In this document: piece after piece, positions 9,580 through 19,583 of the stretch
How positions within the stretch are numbered: the first letter of the stretch is position 1
How the letters are laid out: each line of letters opens with the position of its first letter
Assembly (NCBI GenBank): GCA_963801165.1
Contig: CAWDDT010000003.1
Coordinates: 96,001-160,000 of the forward strand
Reading direction: 5' to 3'
DNA length: 64,000 bases
From: an uncultured bacterium
GTDB taxonomy: Bacteria > Actinomycetota > Acidimicrobiia > Spongiisociales > UBA5794
Program-made: the position numbers and the translations under genes
Notes under the pieces: generated by a model
Database searches by the model: none
Told to the model about the DNA's origin: nothing
The model's input: the letters and a program-made list of their open reading frames with translations, nothing else

Positions 9580-10474
9580 CGCCGCCACCTTCAGGCTCGA
9601 GGAGGGCGTCGAGCATGTCGCCGAGACCGAGGTCGAGTGCTTCCGCATACTGTGCCGCCCATTGCTGGCGTCCTACCGCCGCCTCACTCATGAGCGGGTC
9701 GAGCCCCGCCCCGGCGACCGTGACCGCCACCTCCCGCATTTCCTGCGCCCGGCGCACACCGTGTTGGAGGCTACGCGAGATCATGTAGTGGGCGGTGGCC
9801 TCCCAGTCGTCGAGCGGCAAGACGTTGCCGAGCGACGCTATGACCTCCTCTTCCACGCCGTAGAACCGCGCCGCAGTCAGCGACTCGACGAGAAGAGCTT
9901 CCATTCCCTTGATGAGCACGCTGCGACACATCTTCACGGCCGATGCCTGTCCCGTGTCGGATGAGAACACGCGGGCTCCGGTGAAGCCCGCGGCAGCAGG
10001 GGACGTCGAGAAGGCACGGGCGTGTGGCCCGCCGAGGAGGATCGGCGTCGTGATGCGCCGCGGCGCGATCGGTGCCATAACCGCTGCCTCGACGAATCGC
10101 CCGCCCCATTCCGCGATGGTCGCTGCCGTCTGACGCCGGGTCCAGGGTGACACGGAGTTCATGTCGAGGTAGAACGATCCCGGACGGAGTGACCCGGCGA
10201 CCGATTGGGCGGCGTTCGTTGCCTCCGACGCGGTGACTACCGAGATCACCAGGTCGGTTTCGCTTGCAGCCTCGGCTGCCGAGGAGCACGCCATGACGCC
10301 AGTACGCAATGCAACGGCGCGGGAGGGAGTGCTCTGGTCGTTTTCGAACAGGAGATCGAACGTTCGCAGCTTGGACCCTGCCATCTCGCCGAGATCGTCG
10401 GCGAGAATCTGACCGACCTCGCCAAAGCCGAGGATGCATATTCCGTCTATGTCACTCCCGCTCTGTCTCACCAC
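9572..10474 (-). CDS. NAD(P)-dependent oxidoreductase, 6-PGDH/HIBADH-like with a DUF1932-type C-terminus
   Basis: GFGEVG Rossmann motif, LDMNSVSP, ASAVKMCRSVLIKG, HGVRRAQEM; GTG start after GAAGGAGG. Confidence 0.75.
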   Translation of the reverse strand: MVRQSGSDIDGICILGFGEVGQILADDLGEMAGSKLRTFDLLFENDQSTPSRAVALRTGVMACSSAAEAASETDLVISVVTASEATNAAQSVAGSLRPGSFYLDMNSVSPWTRRQTAATIAEWGGRFVEAAVMAPIAPRRITTPILLGGPHARAFSTSPAAAGFTGARVFSSDTGQASAVKMCRSVLIKGMEALLVESLTAARFYGVEEEVIASLGNVLPLDDWEATAHYMISRSLQHGVRRAQEMREVAVTVAGAGLDPLMSEAAVGRQQWAAQYAEALDLGLGDMLDALLEPEGGGDG

Positions 10475-11012
10475 TTGCGTCCGGGCCTCCTTCGTTGAAT
10501 CGCGCCGGCCTCCCGGCCGTATCCGTGCCTGCCCCGTACCGGCGATCCGCGTCCTCGCAACGCACGTCGAGCGTAGCGTCGCGGCCGTTGGCGCCGCAGG
10601 ACGATCCGTCCCGATTCCGGTACTATCCCGTCGAACTGGCTCGAGTGATCTCAAAGACGCCGTGTTCCGATCGAACCGACGACGAATATTCCTTTTCGAT
10701 GGATCGGTGCCGTGATCGACATCGGCAAAGTCGGAGTGGCACAGGGTATATCGCCGTTCGCAGACCTAATGGAATCGGTCGCTTCGGTGCTGTCGCTCGG
10801 GGTTGCGGATCCTGAACGACGTCCCGTCACACCGCTCGTTGCGGGGAGAAGCACGTCCGGTTGCTGATCGATGGCATCGCTAGTCTTTGATGTAACTGGG
10901 CAGACGGCGGTTGTGAGCGAGGGAGACACACCATGATGAGTAGCGCCTGGTGGCCGTTCCAGGGGAACGCCCGGAACAGTGGAGGTTGTCCGGGACGGAG
11001 GTTGAGGTGAGC

Positions 11013-11837
11013 GTGGAAACGATCAGCAGCATGAGCGAGATGCTGGTCCCGCTTGATGGTCGCGAGGCGAGCCTGCGGTCTGTTCCTGTGGCAGGTCGGA
11101 TAGCCGGGCGTCTCGGTCTGGGTCTCAAGCTATTCGGGGTCTCGGAAGAGCCGGATGCCACCAGGGAGTGGCTGAGGTCCAAAGCGGAGGCTCTTCTCCC
11201 CGGGATCGAGGTCGCAGTCGACGCAGCTGTGGGTGATCCGGCCCATGACATCGTGGCCGAGGCAGGCACCGACACGCTTGTCTGCATGGCGACCGCGGCG
11301 ACGCTGCGCCCACACCACGGGCATGTTGGTTCGGTCGCCGAAGCCGTAGTGCGCGGCGTCGCCAGGCCGGTGATGTTGCTTGGGCCGAGCGCCGACCTCG
11401 ACCCGGGCAATCCCATCGATAGGGTCGTCGTGCCGGTAGACGGTTCCCGTCTCTCCGAGCAGGCGCTCGACGTGGCCGGTGACCTCGCCAGGACTCTCGG
11501 TGTCTCCGTCTGGGTAGTGTCGGTTATCTCGCCCCACGCCGAGGCAACGGCCGGGGACCGGCTGGGGACGGACCCGTTCACACGCGAATCGGGCTATGTG
11601 CGCAGCCTCGCCGATGGTCTCAGGGACAAGTACGGCGGCCCGGCCGAGTTCGAGGTGCTCCACATCAAGGATCCTGCCAAAGCGATCCTCGACTTCACGG
11701 GTCACGACGGCGCCGTCGTCATGAGCACGCACGGGCGGTCCGGGCTGAGCCGCTTGTTCGCAGGCAGCGTTGCGCATGCAGTTGTCGCCGGCTCCAGCCG
11801 GCCCGTTGTCGTCTGCAGGCCATCAGACACGGAGTGA
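11013..11837 (+). CDS. Tandem universal stress protein (start uncertain, 10950-11031)
   Basis: Two USP repeats: LVPLDG...GSVAEAVVR and VVPVDGS...MSTHGRSGLSRLFAGSVA. Confidence 0.85.
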   Translation: METISSMSEMLVPLDGREASLRSVPVAGRIAGRLGLGLKLFGVSEEPDATREWLRSKAEALLPGIEVAVDAAVGDPAHDIVAEAGTDTLVCMATAATLRPHHGHVGSVAEAVVRGVARPVMLLGPSADLDPGNPIDRVVVPVDGSRLSEQALDVAGDLARTLGVSVWVVSVISPHAEATAGDRLGTDPFTRESGYVRSLADGLRDKYGGPAEFEVLHIKDPAKAILDFTGHDGAVVMSTHGRSGLSRLFAGSVAHAVVAGSSRPVVVCRPSDTE

Positions 11838-11896
11838 ACGGGGACCCGGTCCCGCCCCCGACGATCCCACAGAAATGCCGTAGCAAGACGCTCGCG

Positions 11897-13066
11897 CTAT
11901 AGCGGGAGCCCCACGTAGTTTTCGGCGAGAGAGGTCTGGGCGGCCGTCGATTCGGAGAGGTATTGGAGCTCGGTGTTCTGGATCTTCTGTCCGATCTCGC
12001 CGTCGTCGGGGAAGCTGTGCATGAGGGTGGTCATCCACCAGGAGAATCGGATCGCCTTCCAAACCCGATCGAGCGCCGTGTCGGAGTATTCATCAAGCAG
12101 TGTGGTGGCGCCCGAGGCGTAGAAATCGATGAGTGCCTGCGACAGGTAGATCACATCGGAGATGGCGAGGTTGAGACCCTTGGCGCCGGTGGGCGGGACG
12201 ATGTGGGCGGCGTCGCCGGCCAGGAAGAGCCGTTTGTGGCTCATCGGCTCGGCTACGAAGCTTCGCAGCGGCGTGATCGACTTCTCGATCGACGGACCGG
12301 TCACCATGGATTCGCCGACGTGGGTGGGAAGTCTTCTCTTCATCTCTTCCCAGAAGCGGTCATCCGGCCACTCCCCGAGATCGGTATCGAGCGGGCACTG
12401 CAGGTAGTAGCGGCTCAGCATCTCGTGGCGCATCGAGCAGAGAGCGAACCCGCGCTCGTGGTTGGCGTAGATCAGCTCGTCGTTGACCGGTGGCGTCTCG
12501 GAAAGGACGCCCAGCCACCCGAACGGATACACCTTCTCGTAGGTGCGGAGCAGGCTTTCGGGTATGTAGCTCCTGCTCACCCCGTGGTACCCGTCACAGC
12601 CGGCGACGAACTCGCAATCGACGCGATGCACTGACCCGTCCTTCTCGTAGGTCACGTACGGCGCCGGGGTGTCGAGGTCGTGCAGAGCCACGTCGGCGGC
12701 ATCGTCAATGACGTTGTCGCTCGCGACCTCACGGGCGTGATAGAGGTCCTTCTGAACCTCGGTCTGGCCGTAGATCATCACGGAGGAATCGACCAGATCT
12801 GCGAAGTCGACACGAAACATCCCGCCGGCGTGGGCGAGGTTGATCCCCTCGTGGACGAACCCCTCTTTGTCCATGCGGTCACCGAGACCGTGGTGTCGCA
12901 AGATGTCGACACTGCCCCGCTCGAGAACCCCTGCGCGGATGCGGCCGAGCACGTATTCCTTGCTCCGGCGCTCGAGAACGACGCTTTCGATCCCTGAGTT
13001 GTCCAGGATGTGAGCGAGGAGTGTTCCCGCTGGCCCACCGCCGATGATTGCTACTCGCGTCCTCAC
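11897..13066 (-). CDS. pobA: 4-hydroxybenzoate 3-monooxygenase
   Basis: IIGGGPAG, RIRAGVLE, GCDGYHG, GDAAHIVPPTGAKGLN and AENYVGLP motifs. Confidence 0.95.
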   Translation of the reverse strand: MRTRVAIIGGGPAGTLLAHILDNSGIESVVLERRSKEYVLGRIRAGVLERGSVDILRHHGLGDRMDKEGFVHEGINLAHAGGMFRVDFADLVDSSVMIYGQTEVQKDLYHAREVASDNVIDDAADVALHDLDTPAPYVTYEKDGSVHRVDCEFVAGCDGYHGVSRSYIPESLLRTYEKVYPFGWLGVLSETPPVNDELIYANHERGFALCSMRHEMLSRYYLQCPLDTDLGEWPDDRFWEEMKRRLPTHVGESMVTGPSIEKSITPLRSFVAEPMSHKRLFLAGDAAHIVPPTGAKGLNLAISDVIYLSQALIDFYASGATTLLDEYSDTALDRVWKAIRFSWWMTTLMHSFPDDGEIGQKIQNTELQYLSESTAAQTSLAENYVGLPL

Positions 13067-13081
13067 AGCCGGTCCTCCTCG

Positions 13082-14194
13082 TCAGTCACCCCATACCGCG
13101 GCCGCCACCTCGACGGTTCTCGCGAGCTTCTTCCACTGGTCGTCCTGCGATAGCTCGTTGCCGTGGGCGGTCGAAGAGAACCCGCATTGGTGACTCAGTG
13201 CACACTGGTCCAGGTCGATGTAGCGGCCGGCCTCTTCGATCCGGGCGATCACGTCGTCGCGGGCCTCGACCCCGGCCTTTTTCGAGCTCATCAAGCCGAG
13301 TACCACTTGCTTGTTGTCGGGGACCAGGCGGAGCGGTGCGAAATCACCGGACCTCTCGTCGTCGTATTCCAGGAAGAAGGCATCGATGTTCATCTCGTTG
13401 AACAGGATGTCCGCCACCGGCTCGTAGCCGCCTTGCGAGACCCACACGCTCCGGAAGTTGCCCCGGCACAGATGAACCCCGACCACCATATCGGCGGGCC
13501 GACCGGCTATCGCGTCGTTCACGAGCCGGCAATAGAGCCGGGTCAACTCGTCGGGGTCGTCGCCTCGCGCCGCGGTCCGTTCCCTGATTGTCGGATCACA
13601 CAGATAGGCGAGATTGGTGTCGTCGAGCTGTAGGTAGCGGCACCCCCGCCGTGCCAGATCGGCGATCTCCTCGCGATAGGCGGCAGTCAGGTCGGTGAAG
13701 AACCCGTCGAGATCGGGGTAGACATCCGAGCTGATGCCCTCGCGCCCGCCACGAAAGTGGAGCATGGACGGGGCGGGAATGCACACCTTCGGGGTCTCGG
13801 TGACCACGGACGACAGGAAGTCGTAGTCGGCACCCTGGATCGGATGCCCGTGACGAACCGGACCGCTGACCCGCATCGTTGGCGGCTTGAATCCGACCTC
13901 GGTCCCGTCGTCGCGGCGGAATGTTGCCAGAAAGTCACCCTCCTCAACGGTCACCCCGTCGAGCTGCTCGAGAAAGTCGACATGGAAGAACATGCGGCGA
14001 AACTCACCGTCGGTGATCCCGTGAAGACCGACGTCTTCTTGGGCCTTCGCGACTTGCCGGATGTGGGTGTCTTCGATGGCTCTGAGCTCGTCACCGGAGA
14101 TCTCGCCGCTCTGGTGACGGTCGCGGGCATCCATGACTTCCGGTGGGCGGAGAAAGCTCCCGACGTGGTCCGCCCGGAATGGTGGAGAGCTCAT
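13082..14194 (-). CDS. MetE catalytic-domain-only protein (YxjH-like; function uncertain)
   Basis: RADHVGSFLRP, ITDGEFRR, zinc ligands HLC..E..C (HLCRGNFRS, LEYD, QCGFSST); 370 aa with no MetE N-terminal barrel. Confidence 0.8.
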   Translation of the reverse strand: MSSPPFRADHVGSFLRPPEVMDARDRHQSGEISGDELRAIEDTHIRQVAKAQEDVGLHGITDGEFRRMFFHVDFLEQLDGVTVEEGDFLATFRRDDGTEVGFKPPTMRVSGPVRHGHPIQGADYDFLSSVVTETPKVCIPAPSMLHFRGGREGISSDVYPDLDGFFTDLTAAYREEIADLARRGCRYLQLDDTNLAYLCDPTIRERTAARGDDPDELTRLYCRLVNDAIAGRPADMVVGVHLCRGNFRSVWVSQGGYEPVADILFNEMNIDAFFLEYDDERSGDFAPLRLVPDNKQVVLGLMSSKKAGVEARDDVIARIEEAGRYIDLDQCALSHQCGFSSTAHGNELSQDDQWKKLARTVEVAAAVWGD

Positions 14195-14281
14195 TGTTTT
14201 CCTCCTCTGCCGTCCGAATGCAACGATGCGGAGCGTAGTCACCCCGGCGGTGGGTACGACGGGAGACAAGGTTCGTTTCTG

Positions 14282-14983
14282 TCAGTCTTCGTCGAACGAA
14301 TCGACGAACTCCACGCCCATCGCTAGGAGCTTGTCGCGAAGCCCATCCATCTCCATAGTCAGCTCGCCTGCAGCCAGTCGCTGTCGCTTTGCGTTCTCTC
14401 GCTGGGTGCGGGCCTGTGCGCTTTCCAGCACCGACCCGGCCCGATCATGCGGGACCACGACCACGCCGTCGTCGTCGGCGCATACGATGTCGCCGGCGAA
14501 GATGGTGACGTCACCTATCGTCACCGGCACGTTGACCGACCCCGGTGTCTCCTTGACCGTTCCCTGGGACGAAACGAAGCGGGACCAAACGCCGAAACCC
14601 ATCTCCCTCAGCTCCGCGACGTCGCGGACGCCTGCGTCGATGACCAGCCCGGTGACCCCGCGCGCCATCAGCGATGTGGCGAGCAACTCCCCGAACATTC
14701 CGTGCGACGACGGGCCCGAATTTGTCACCACGAGAATGTCGCCGGTCCGGCAAACCTCGATAGCGGCATGAATCATGATGTTGTCGCCGGGGTGCGACGA
14801 TACGGTTACAGCGTTGCCCGCCACCCGTAGACCGGATTGAATCGGCCGGATGTCGGGTCCGAGGTAGCCGGTCCTGCTTTGTGCCTCGTGAACTGTCGAG
14901 ACACCGGCGTCCCCGAGCTGGTCGAGGACAGCGCGGTCGGTGCGGCGAATGTCCCGGACCACGACGTGGCGATCCTCGCTCAT
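14282..14983 (-). CDS. ligK: 4-carboxy-4-hydroxy-2-oxoadipate (HMG/CHA) aldolase
   Basis: GVSTVHEAQ, GDNIMIHAAIE, GMFGELLATS, IDAGVRD and ADDDGVVVV motifs. Confidence 0.9.
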   Translation of the reverse strand: MSEDRHVVVRDIRRTDRAVLDQLGDAGVSTVHEAQSRTGYLGPDIRPIQSGLRVAGNAVTVSSHPGDNIMIHAAIEVCRTGDILVVTNSGPSSHGMFGELLATSLMARGVTGLVIDAGVRDVAELREMGFGVWSRFVSSQGTVKETPGSVNVPVTIGDVTIFAGDIVCADDDGVVVVPHDRAGSVLESAQARTQRENAKRQRLAAGELTMEMDGLRDKLLAMGVEFVDSFDED

Positions 14984-15993
14984 GTCTCACCACCGATCTT
15001 CAACCGCGGGAAGACCCGGAGCGTGTTCTCGGAGAAGATCATCTTCTTCGCCGTCTCGTCGATGGCGGCGTTGTCGATGTAGAACTTCGTGTCGTCGTAG
15101 TAGCGGCCCGTCTCCTCGTCGATGCTTCGGACTGCACCGATCATCTCGGAACCGAAGAGGACGTTCTCTGTCGGAACCACATCGACAAGCAGATCGATGC
15201 CCTTCTGGTGGTACACACAGGTGTCGAAGTAGATGTGGTCGAGAAGCGAGTCGAAGTCCCACCCTTTGTCCTGGGCCATGCCTTTCAGGCGCCCCCAGTG
15301 GTAGGGGACGGCGCCTCCGCCGTGGGGGATGATCCAACGTAGCCCCGGGAATCTGCTCATGAACCCCGAGCTGAGCGCCTGCATGAACGCGGTGGTATCG
15401 GCGCCCAGGTAGTGGGATCCGGTGGTGAAGAGGTTGGGGTTCGTCGATGCGCTCACGTGGATCATCGCCGGGACGTCCAGCTCGCACATCGTCTCCCACA
15501 GCGGTGTCCAGTAGTCGTCCCACAGCGGTGGACCGGTCCACATTCCCCCCGTTGGGTCGGGGTTGACGTTGCAGCCGATAAAACCCATTTCGACGACGCA
15601 GCGCTCGAGCTCCCTGACCGACGCGTCGAGGGGCTCTCCAGGCGACTGGGGAAGCTGGCACACGGGGGCAAAGCTGTCGGGGAACAGGTCGCACACCCTG
15701 CGGATCAGCTCGTTTTGATGTTGTGACCAGAAGAGTGATGTGCCGGCGTTGCCGACGTGGTGGGCCATCCAGCTCGCCCGGGGGGAGAAGATCGTCAGGT
15801 CCGTGCCTCGTTCTGCCTGGAATCGGAGTTGTGCACCCTCGATCGACTCCCTGATCTCGTCATCGGTGACGGCGATTGCACCCTTTGATCCGACGAATGT
15901 GGGGTCGGCCGACACCGCGGCGACCTGAGATTTCCTCCATTCGGCGACACCGGGAGGGGTGGTTGTGTAGTGTCCATGACAGTCAATGATCAC
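14980..15993 (-). CDS. ligJ: 4-oxalomesaconate hydratase
   Basis: IIDCHGHYTT, SPRASWMAHH, PHGGGAVPYHWGR, FDTCVYHQ and FGSEMIGAV motifs. Confidence 0.9.
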   Translation of the reverse strand: MIIDCHGHYTTTPPGVAEWRKSQVAAVSADPTFVGSKGAIAVTDDEIRESIEGAQLRFQAERGTDLTIFSPRASWMAHHVGNAGTSLFWSQHQNELIRRVCDLFPDSFAPVCQLPQSPGEPLDASVRELERCVVEMGFIGCNVNPDPTGGMWTGPPLWDDYWTPLWETMCELDVPAMIHVSASTNPNLFTTGSHYLGADTTAFMQALSSGFMSRFPGLRWIIPHGGGAVPYHWGRLKGMAQDKGWDFDSLLDHIYFDTCVYHQKGIDLLVDVVPTENVLFGSEMIGAVRSIDEETGRYYDDTKFYIDNAAIDETAKKMIFSENTLRVFPRLKIGGET

Positions 15994-16100
15994 GGCGAAT
16001 CCAGCTGCTGATCGGATATCCCCTCCATCTGGGACTGCACCTCCGGGTGGTGTCGTGAGAGCGAGTGCGCAAACCAGCATAGATATGAAACCTCAGTTTC

Positions 16101-16120
16101 GTCCACAACATTGTGGACAA
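16101..16120. promoter_or_regulatory. Inverted repeat between the divergent ligJ and ABC operons, GntR/FadR-like operator
   Basis: GTCCACAA-CA-TTGTGGAC with perfect 8-bp arms, overlapping TTGTGGACAA; TTGACA follows at 16123. Confidence 0.5.
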
Positions 16121-16288
16121 GATTGACAACAACCAACTAGGCTGCGAGCGGTTCTTGGGAGGATGCCATTCAGACAGCGGGATCACAGAGGTCGATGGGG
16201 GCAGGGCGATGAACACGCCCGCCCGTAGCCGTGACCCGATCTCCAGCGGTGCGGCCGTTGCGGCAACCTTCACCGAGGAGTCCACGGT

Positions 16289-17017
16289 TTGCTAGAGCTG
16301 CAAGACGTCTCGGTCAGCTTCGGTGGTCTGCGAGCCCTCGACGGGGTCAGCTTCCGCGTCGCCGAGGGTGAAGTCGTCGGTCTCATTGGTCCCAACGGAT
16401 CGGGCAAGTCGACCACGTTCAATGCCGTAACCGGAACTCTGAAAACCAGTGGTGGTCGGATAACGTTCGGCGGCGAAGACATCTCCGGGCTGCCGCCCCA
16501 CCGCATCGCTCACAAGGGAATCGCCAGGACGTTCCAGGTCGTCCGGCCGTTCTCCCATCTCACCGCCCTGGAGAACGTCCTCGCCGGCCGGCTCTTCGGT
16601 GGCGCGGGAGCCAAGCGCAACTCCGCAGCCGTTGCCGAGGCGATGGAGATTCTGCAGCTGGTTGGTCTGGATGCCAAGGCAAACATCAAGGCACAGGCGT
16701 TCACGATCCTGGAGCGAAAGTGGCTCGAGGTGGGGAAGGCTCTTGCAGGCAAGCCCCGGTTGATCCTCCTCGACGAGTTCATGGCGGGTATCTCACCGAA
16801 GCAGATCCCCGAGGCAGTCGATCTGGTCAAGTCGATCAACGCCTCCGGGGTAACGGTGATCGTGGTCGAGCACATCATCAAGGCGATCACCGGAGCGTGC
16901 GATCGGGCCATCGTGTTGGATGCCGGCCGCAAGCTCGCCGAGGGATCGGTCGACGAGATCGTCCGCAATCCCGCTGTAATTCACGCGTACCTCGGGAGCC
17001 GGCATGCTGAAGGTTGA
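16289..17017 (+). CDS. Liv-type ABC transporter ATPase (LivG-like)
   Basis: GPNGSGKST, IARTFQ, LLDE and VEH motifs. Confidence 0.85.
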   Translation: MLELQDVSVSFGGLRALDGVSFRVAEGEVVGLIGPNGSGKSTTFNAVTGTLKTSGGRITFGGEDISGLPPHRIAHKGIARTFQVVRPFSHLTALENVLAGRLFGGAGAKRNSAAVAEAMEILQLVGLDAKANIKAQAFTILERKWLEVGKALAGKPRLILLDEFMAGISPKQIPEAVDLVKSINASGVTVIVVEHIIKAITGACDRAIVLDAGRKLAEGSVDEIVRNPAVIHAYLGSRHAEG

Positions 17018-17711
17018 GAACCTGGGTGCAGGCTACGGCGACCTCCAGGTCGTGTGGGATGTCTCGTTCGAGGTACCCGCCGGGGCGCTGGTCGCCATCA
17101 TCGGGTCCAACGGCGCCGGGAAGACCACCACCTTGCGGGCTCTCATGAATCTGGTGCCGGCCATGGCCGGCACGATCGAGTTCAAGGGCGAGTCGATCGT
17201 CGGGGTGCCCACCCACCAGATCGTCGAGCGCGGTCTGATCATGATTCCCGAGTCTCGGGCGACCTTCGCCAGCCTGTCGGTTGCCGACAATCTCGCGCTA
17301 GGCGCCTACACGAAGCGAGCGCGCCGTGATCGGCAGACGACGCTGACCGACGTTTACGAGATCTTCCCGCGGCTCGCCGAGAGGAAGAGCCAGCTCGCCG
17401 GCACCTTGAGCGGTGGAGAGCGACAGATGCTTGCGATCGGCAAGGCACTGATGGCGCGGCCCGAGATGCTCGTCCTCGACGAGCCTTCGTTGGGTCTCGC
17501 CCCGATCATCGTTGAGAACACGTTCGACGAGATCCGCGCCATCCGGGATCGGGGCGTATCGGTCTTGATGGTCGAACAGCACGTTGAGGCGACGCTCGAG
17601 CTCGTCGACTATGCGTATGTCCTCGAACTCGGGCATGTGGTCATCGAGGGCCCGAGCTCGGACCTGATGACCGACCCACGGGTCCGCGAAGCGTATCTGA
17701 GTCTGCAATGA
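17004..17711 (+). CDS. Liv-type ABC transporter ATPase (LivF-like)
   Basis: GSNGAGKTT, LSGGERQML and LDEPSLGLAP motifs. Confidence 0.9.
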   Translation: MLKVENLGAGYGDLQVVWDVSFEVPAGALVAIIGSNGAGKTTTLRALMNLVPAMAGTIEFKGESIVGVPTHQIVERGLIMIPESRATFASLSVADNLALGAYTKRARRDRQTTLTDVYEIFPRLAERKSQLAGTLSGGERQMLAIGKALMARPEMLVLDEPSLGLAPIIVENTFDEIRAIRDRGVSVLMVEQHVEATLELVDYAYVLELGHVVIEGPSSDLMTDPRVREAYLSLQ

Positions 17712-18598
17712 GACAGTTGATCATCCAGAGTGCAGTTTCCGGTCTGCTGGTCGGAGGGATCTACGGGATCGTCGCGCTCGGGCTCGCCCTTTCCTTTGGC
17801 GTGCTCAAAGTACTCAACGTTGCCCACGGCGAGCTGGTCATGCTCGGGGGATACGCAGCCTTCTTCCTTTTCACGAACATGGGTCTTGATCCACTACTGA
17901 CGATCCCGCTGGTCTTCATCTGTGTCTTTGCGCTCGGCACGGTGCTCTACAGCCTGCTGTTCAAGTTCGTCGTCCGGTTCGACATCGAGACCCGGATCAA
18001 GAACTCGCTGCTGATCTCTTTCGGGCTCGTCCTGATTCTCCAGGCGATTGCCGTTTTCCTGTTCAGCGGCGATGACCGCACGATCGTGACCGGGTACTCC
18101 TCGAAGGCCCTCGTGGTGACCGGATGGGTCAGGATTCCATGGGCACGGTCGGCCGGGCTCGTGGTCGCTGTCATCGCTGCCTTCCTGCTCGAGTGGCTGC
18201 TGAATCGGACCACGTTTGGCCACGCCGTCCGCGGGACGTCTGAGGATTGGGCGCTCGCCTCGCTGACCGGGATCAACGTTCGCCGGGTGTACATGATCGC
18301 ATTCGCCATCTCAGCGGGGCTTGCGGGTGTCGCCGGTTCGCTGGTCAGCCTCGGCTACAGCGTCAGCCCGAGCATCGGGCTCGGCTGGACGCTGAAGGCA
18401 CTCATCGTGATCGTTCTCGCCGGGCTGGGAAGCATGCGCGGCATCGTCTTGGCGGGCGCATTGCTCGGGCTCGTCGAAGGTCTGGCCTCGGTCTGGCTCG
18501 GCAGCGCCTACCGGGGCGTGGTCGCCCTTGTCGTCTTCCTGGTCGTGCTGAGCTTCCGTCCCCAGGGGCTGTTCGGGAGGGGAGGCAATCATGTCTAA
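17708..18598 (+). CDS. Liv-type ABC permease (LivH-like)
   Basis: LNVAHGELVMLG motif, hydrophobic, ends FRPQGLFG. Confidence 0.9.
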   Translation: MRQLIIQSAVSGLLVGGIYGIVALGLALSFGVLKVLNVAHGELVMLGGYAAFFLFTNMGLDPLLTIPLVFICVFALGTVLYSLLFKFVVRFDIETRIKNSLLISFGLVLILQAIAVFLFSGDDRTIVTGYSSKALVVTGWVRIPWARSAGLVVAVIAAFLLEWLLNRTTFGHAVRGTSEDWALASLTGINVRRVYMIAFAISAGLAGVAGSLVSLGYSVSPSIGLGWTLKALIVIVLAGLGSMRGIVLAGALLGLVEGLASVWLGSAYRGVVALVVFLVVLSFRPQGLFGRGGNHV

Positions 18599-19583
18599 AA
18601 GCACCCCGCCGATTGTCGGCTGGCTCGTAGTGCTCGCCATCACGATCGCGCTCGGCCTGTTCACCGGCAACGAGCGGTTGTTGACCCTCGCCATCCAGAC
18701 GTACACCCTCGCCGCGCTGGCTACGAGCTGGAACATCCTCGGTGGTTTCGCCGGTCAGGTGAGTCTCGGCCACGCCGCGTTCTTTGGCCTGGGTGCCCTG
18801 TTGACGCGCGAGCTGTGGCTGGGCGGCAGGCCGCTGCCGCTCGCCATCCTGATCGCGCTCGTGGTCACTGCAGCCACCGCGGCGGTGGTCGGCGTGCCGA
18901 TGCTGAGGTTCCGGGGGATCTATTTCTCGGTGGGCACGCTGGCCCTCGGCGTCGCCGTGTTCATCACCGCAGGCAATCTCCGGCCGGGTATCTCGTCTCT
19001 GCCGGCCGAGGCGTTGCGGGCGTACGAGTTCCAGGGCCGGTACTACACCGCGCTCGGAGTGGTGGCAGTGACGGTGGCGATCTCCGCGTGGTTGCGACGG
19101 TCCAAGACGGGTCTGGGGATGATGGCGGTCCGCGAGGACGAGGAAGCCGCCAGTGCCACCGGCGTTAACTCGTTCGCTCACAAGATGGCCGCCTTCGTCA
19201 TCAGCGCCACACTGGCGGCGCTCGCCGGCGCCGTGTTCGGGTACTTCAGCGTGAGTTACTACCCGCAGTTCCCCTTTAGCGTCACGTGGACATTCGATGC
19301 GATCACGGTCGTGTTCGTCGGCGGGGTGGGGACCATCATTGGACCCCTTGTCGGAGCCGTGTTCTACGTGGTGGGGCGCGATTTGCTCAGCTCGACGTTC
19401 CCTGAGGTGCAGGTGATCGTCTTCGGTGTGCTGTTCATCCTGGTCGTCCTGCTGTTGCCGGGCGGGTTTGTCGAGGGCGGTCACCGGGTCTTTGCGGCGT
19501 TGTCGCGCCGTGGCACCGCACAACCGACAGGATCTCGAGCCGAGGGAGAAAGAGAAACGATGGAGGGAAAGGAATCAGTATGA
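18591..19583 (+). CDS. Liv-type ABC permease (LivM-like)
   Basis: SWNILGGFAGQVSLGHAAFFG, AVREDEEAA and GGVGTIIGP motifs. Confidence 0.9.
   Translation: MSKSTPPIVGWLVVLAITIALGLFTGNERLLTLAIQTYTLAALATSWNILGGFAGQVSLGHAAFFGLGALLTRELWLGGRPLPLAILIALVVTAATAAVVGVPMLRFRGIYFSVGTLALGVAVFITAGNLRPGISSLPAEALRAYEFQGRYYTALGVVAVTVAISAWLRRSKTGLGMMAVREDEEAASATGVNSFAHKMAAFVISATLAALAGAVFGYFSVSYYPQFPFSVTWTFDAITVVFVGGVGTIIGPLVGAVFYVVGRDLLSSTFPEVQVIVFGVLFILVVLLLPGGFVEGGHRVFAALSRRGTAQPTGSRAEGERETMEGKESV

Noticed and set aside
10480-11000. Unassigned 0.5-kb gap as an ncRNA or small gene
   Set aside because: I could not support any riboswitch consensus, convincing ORF or strong structure by eye.
11897-13066. PobA as a gallate-forming variant
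   Set aside because: The segments carrying Leu199/Tyr201 (ELIY), Thr294 (PPTG) and Tyr385 (ENYVG) look canonical.
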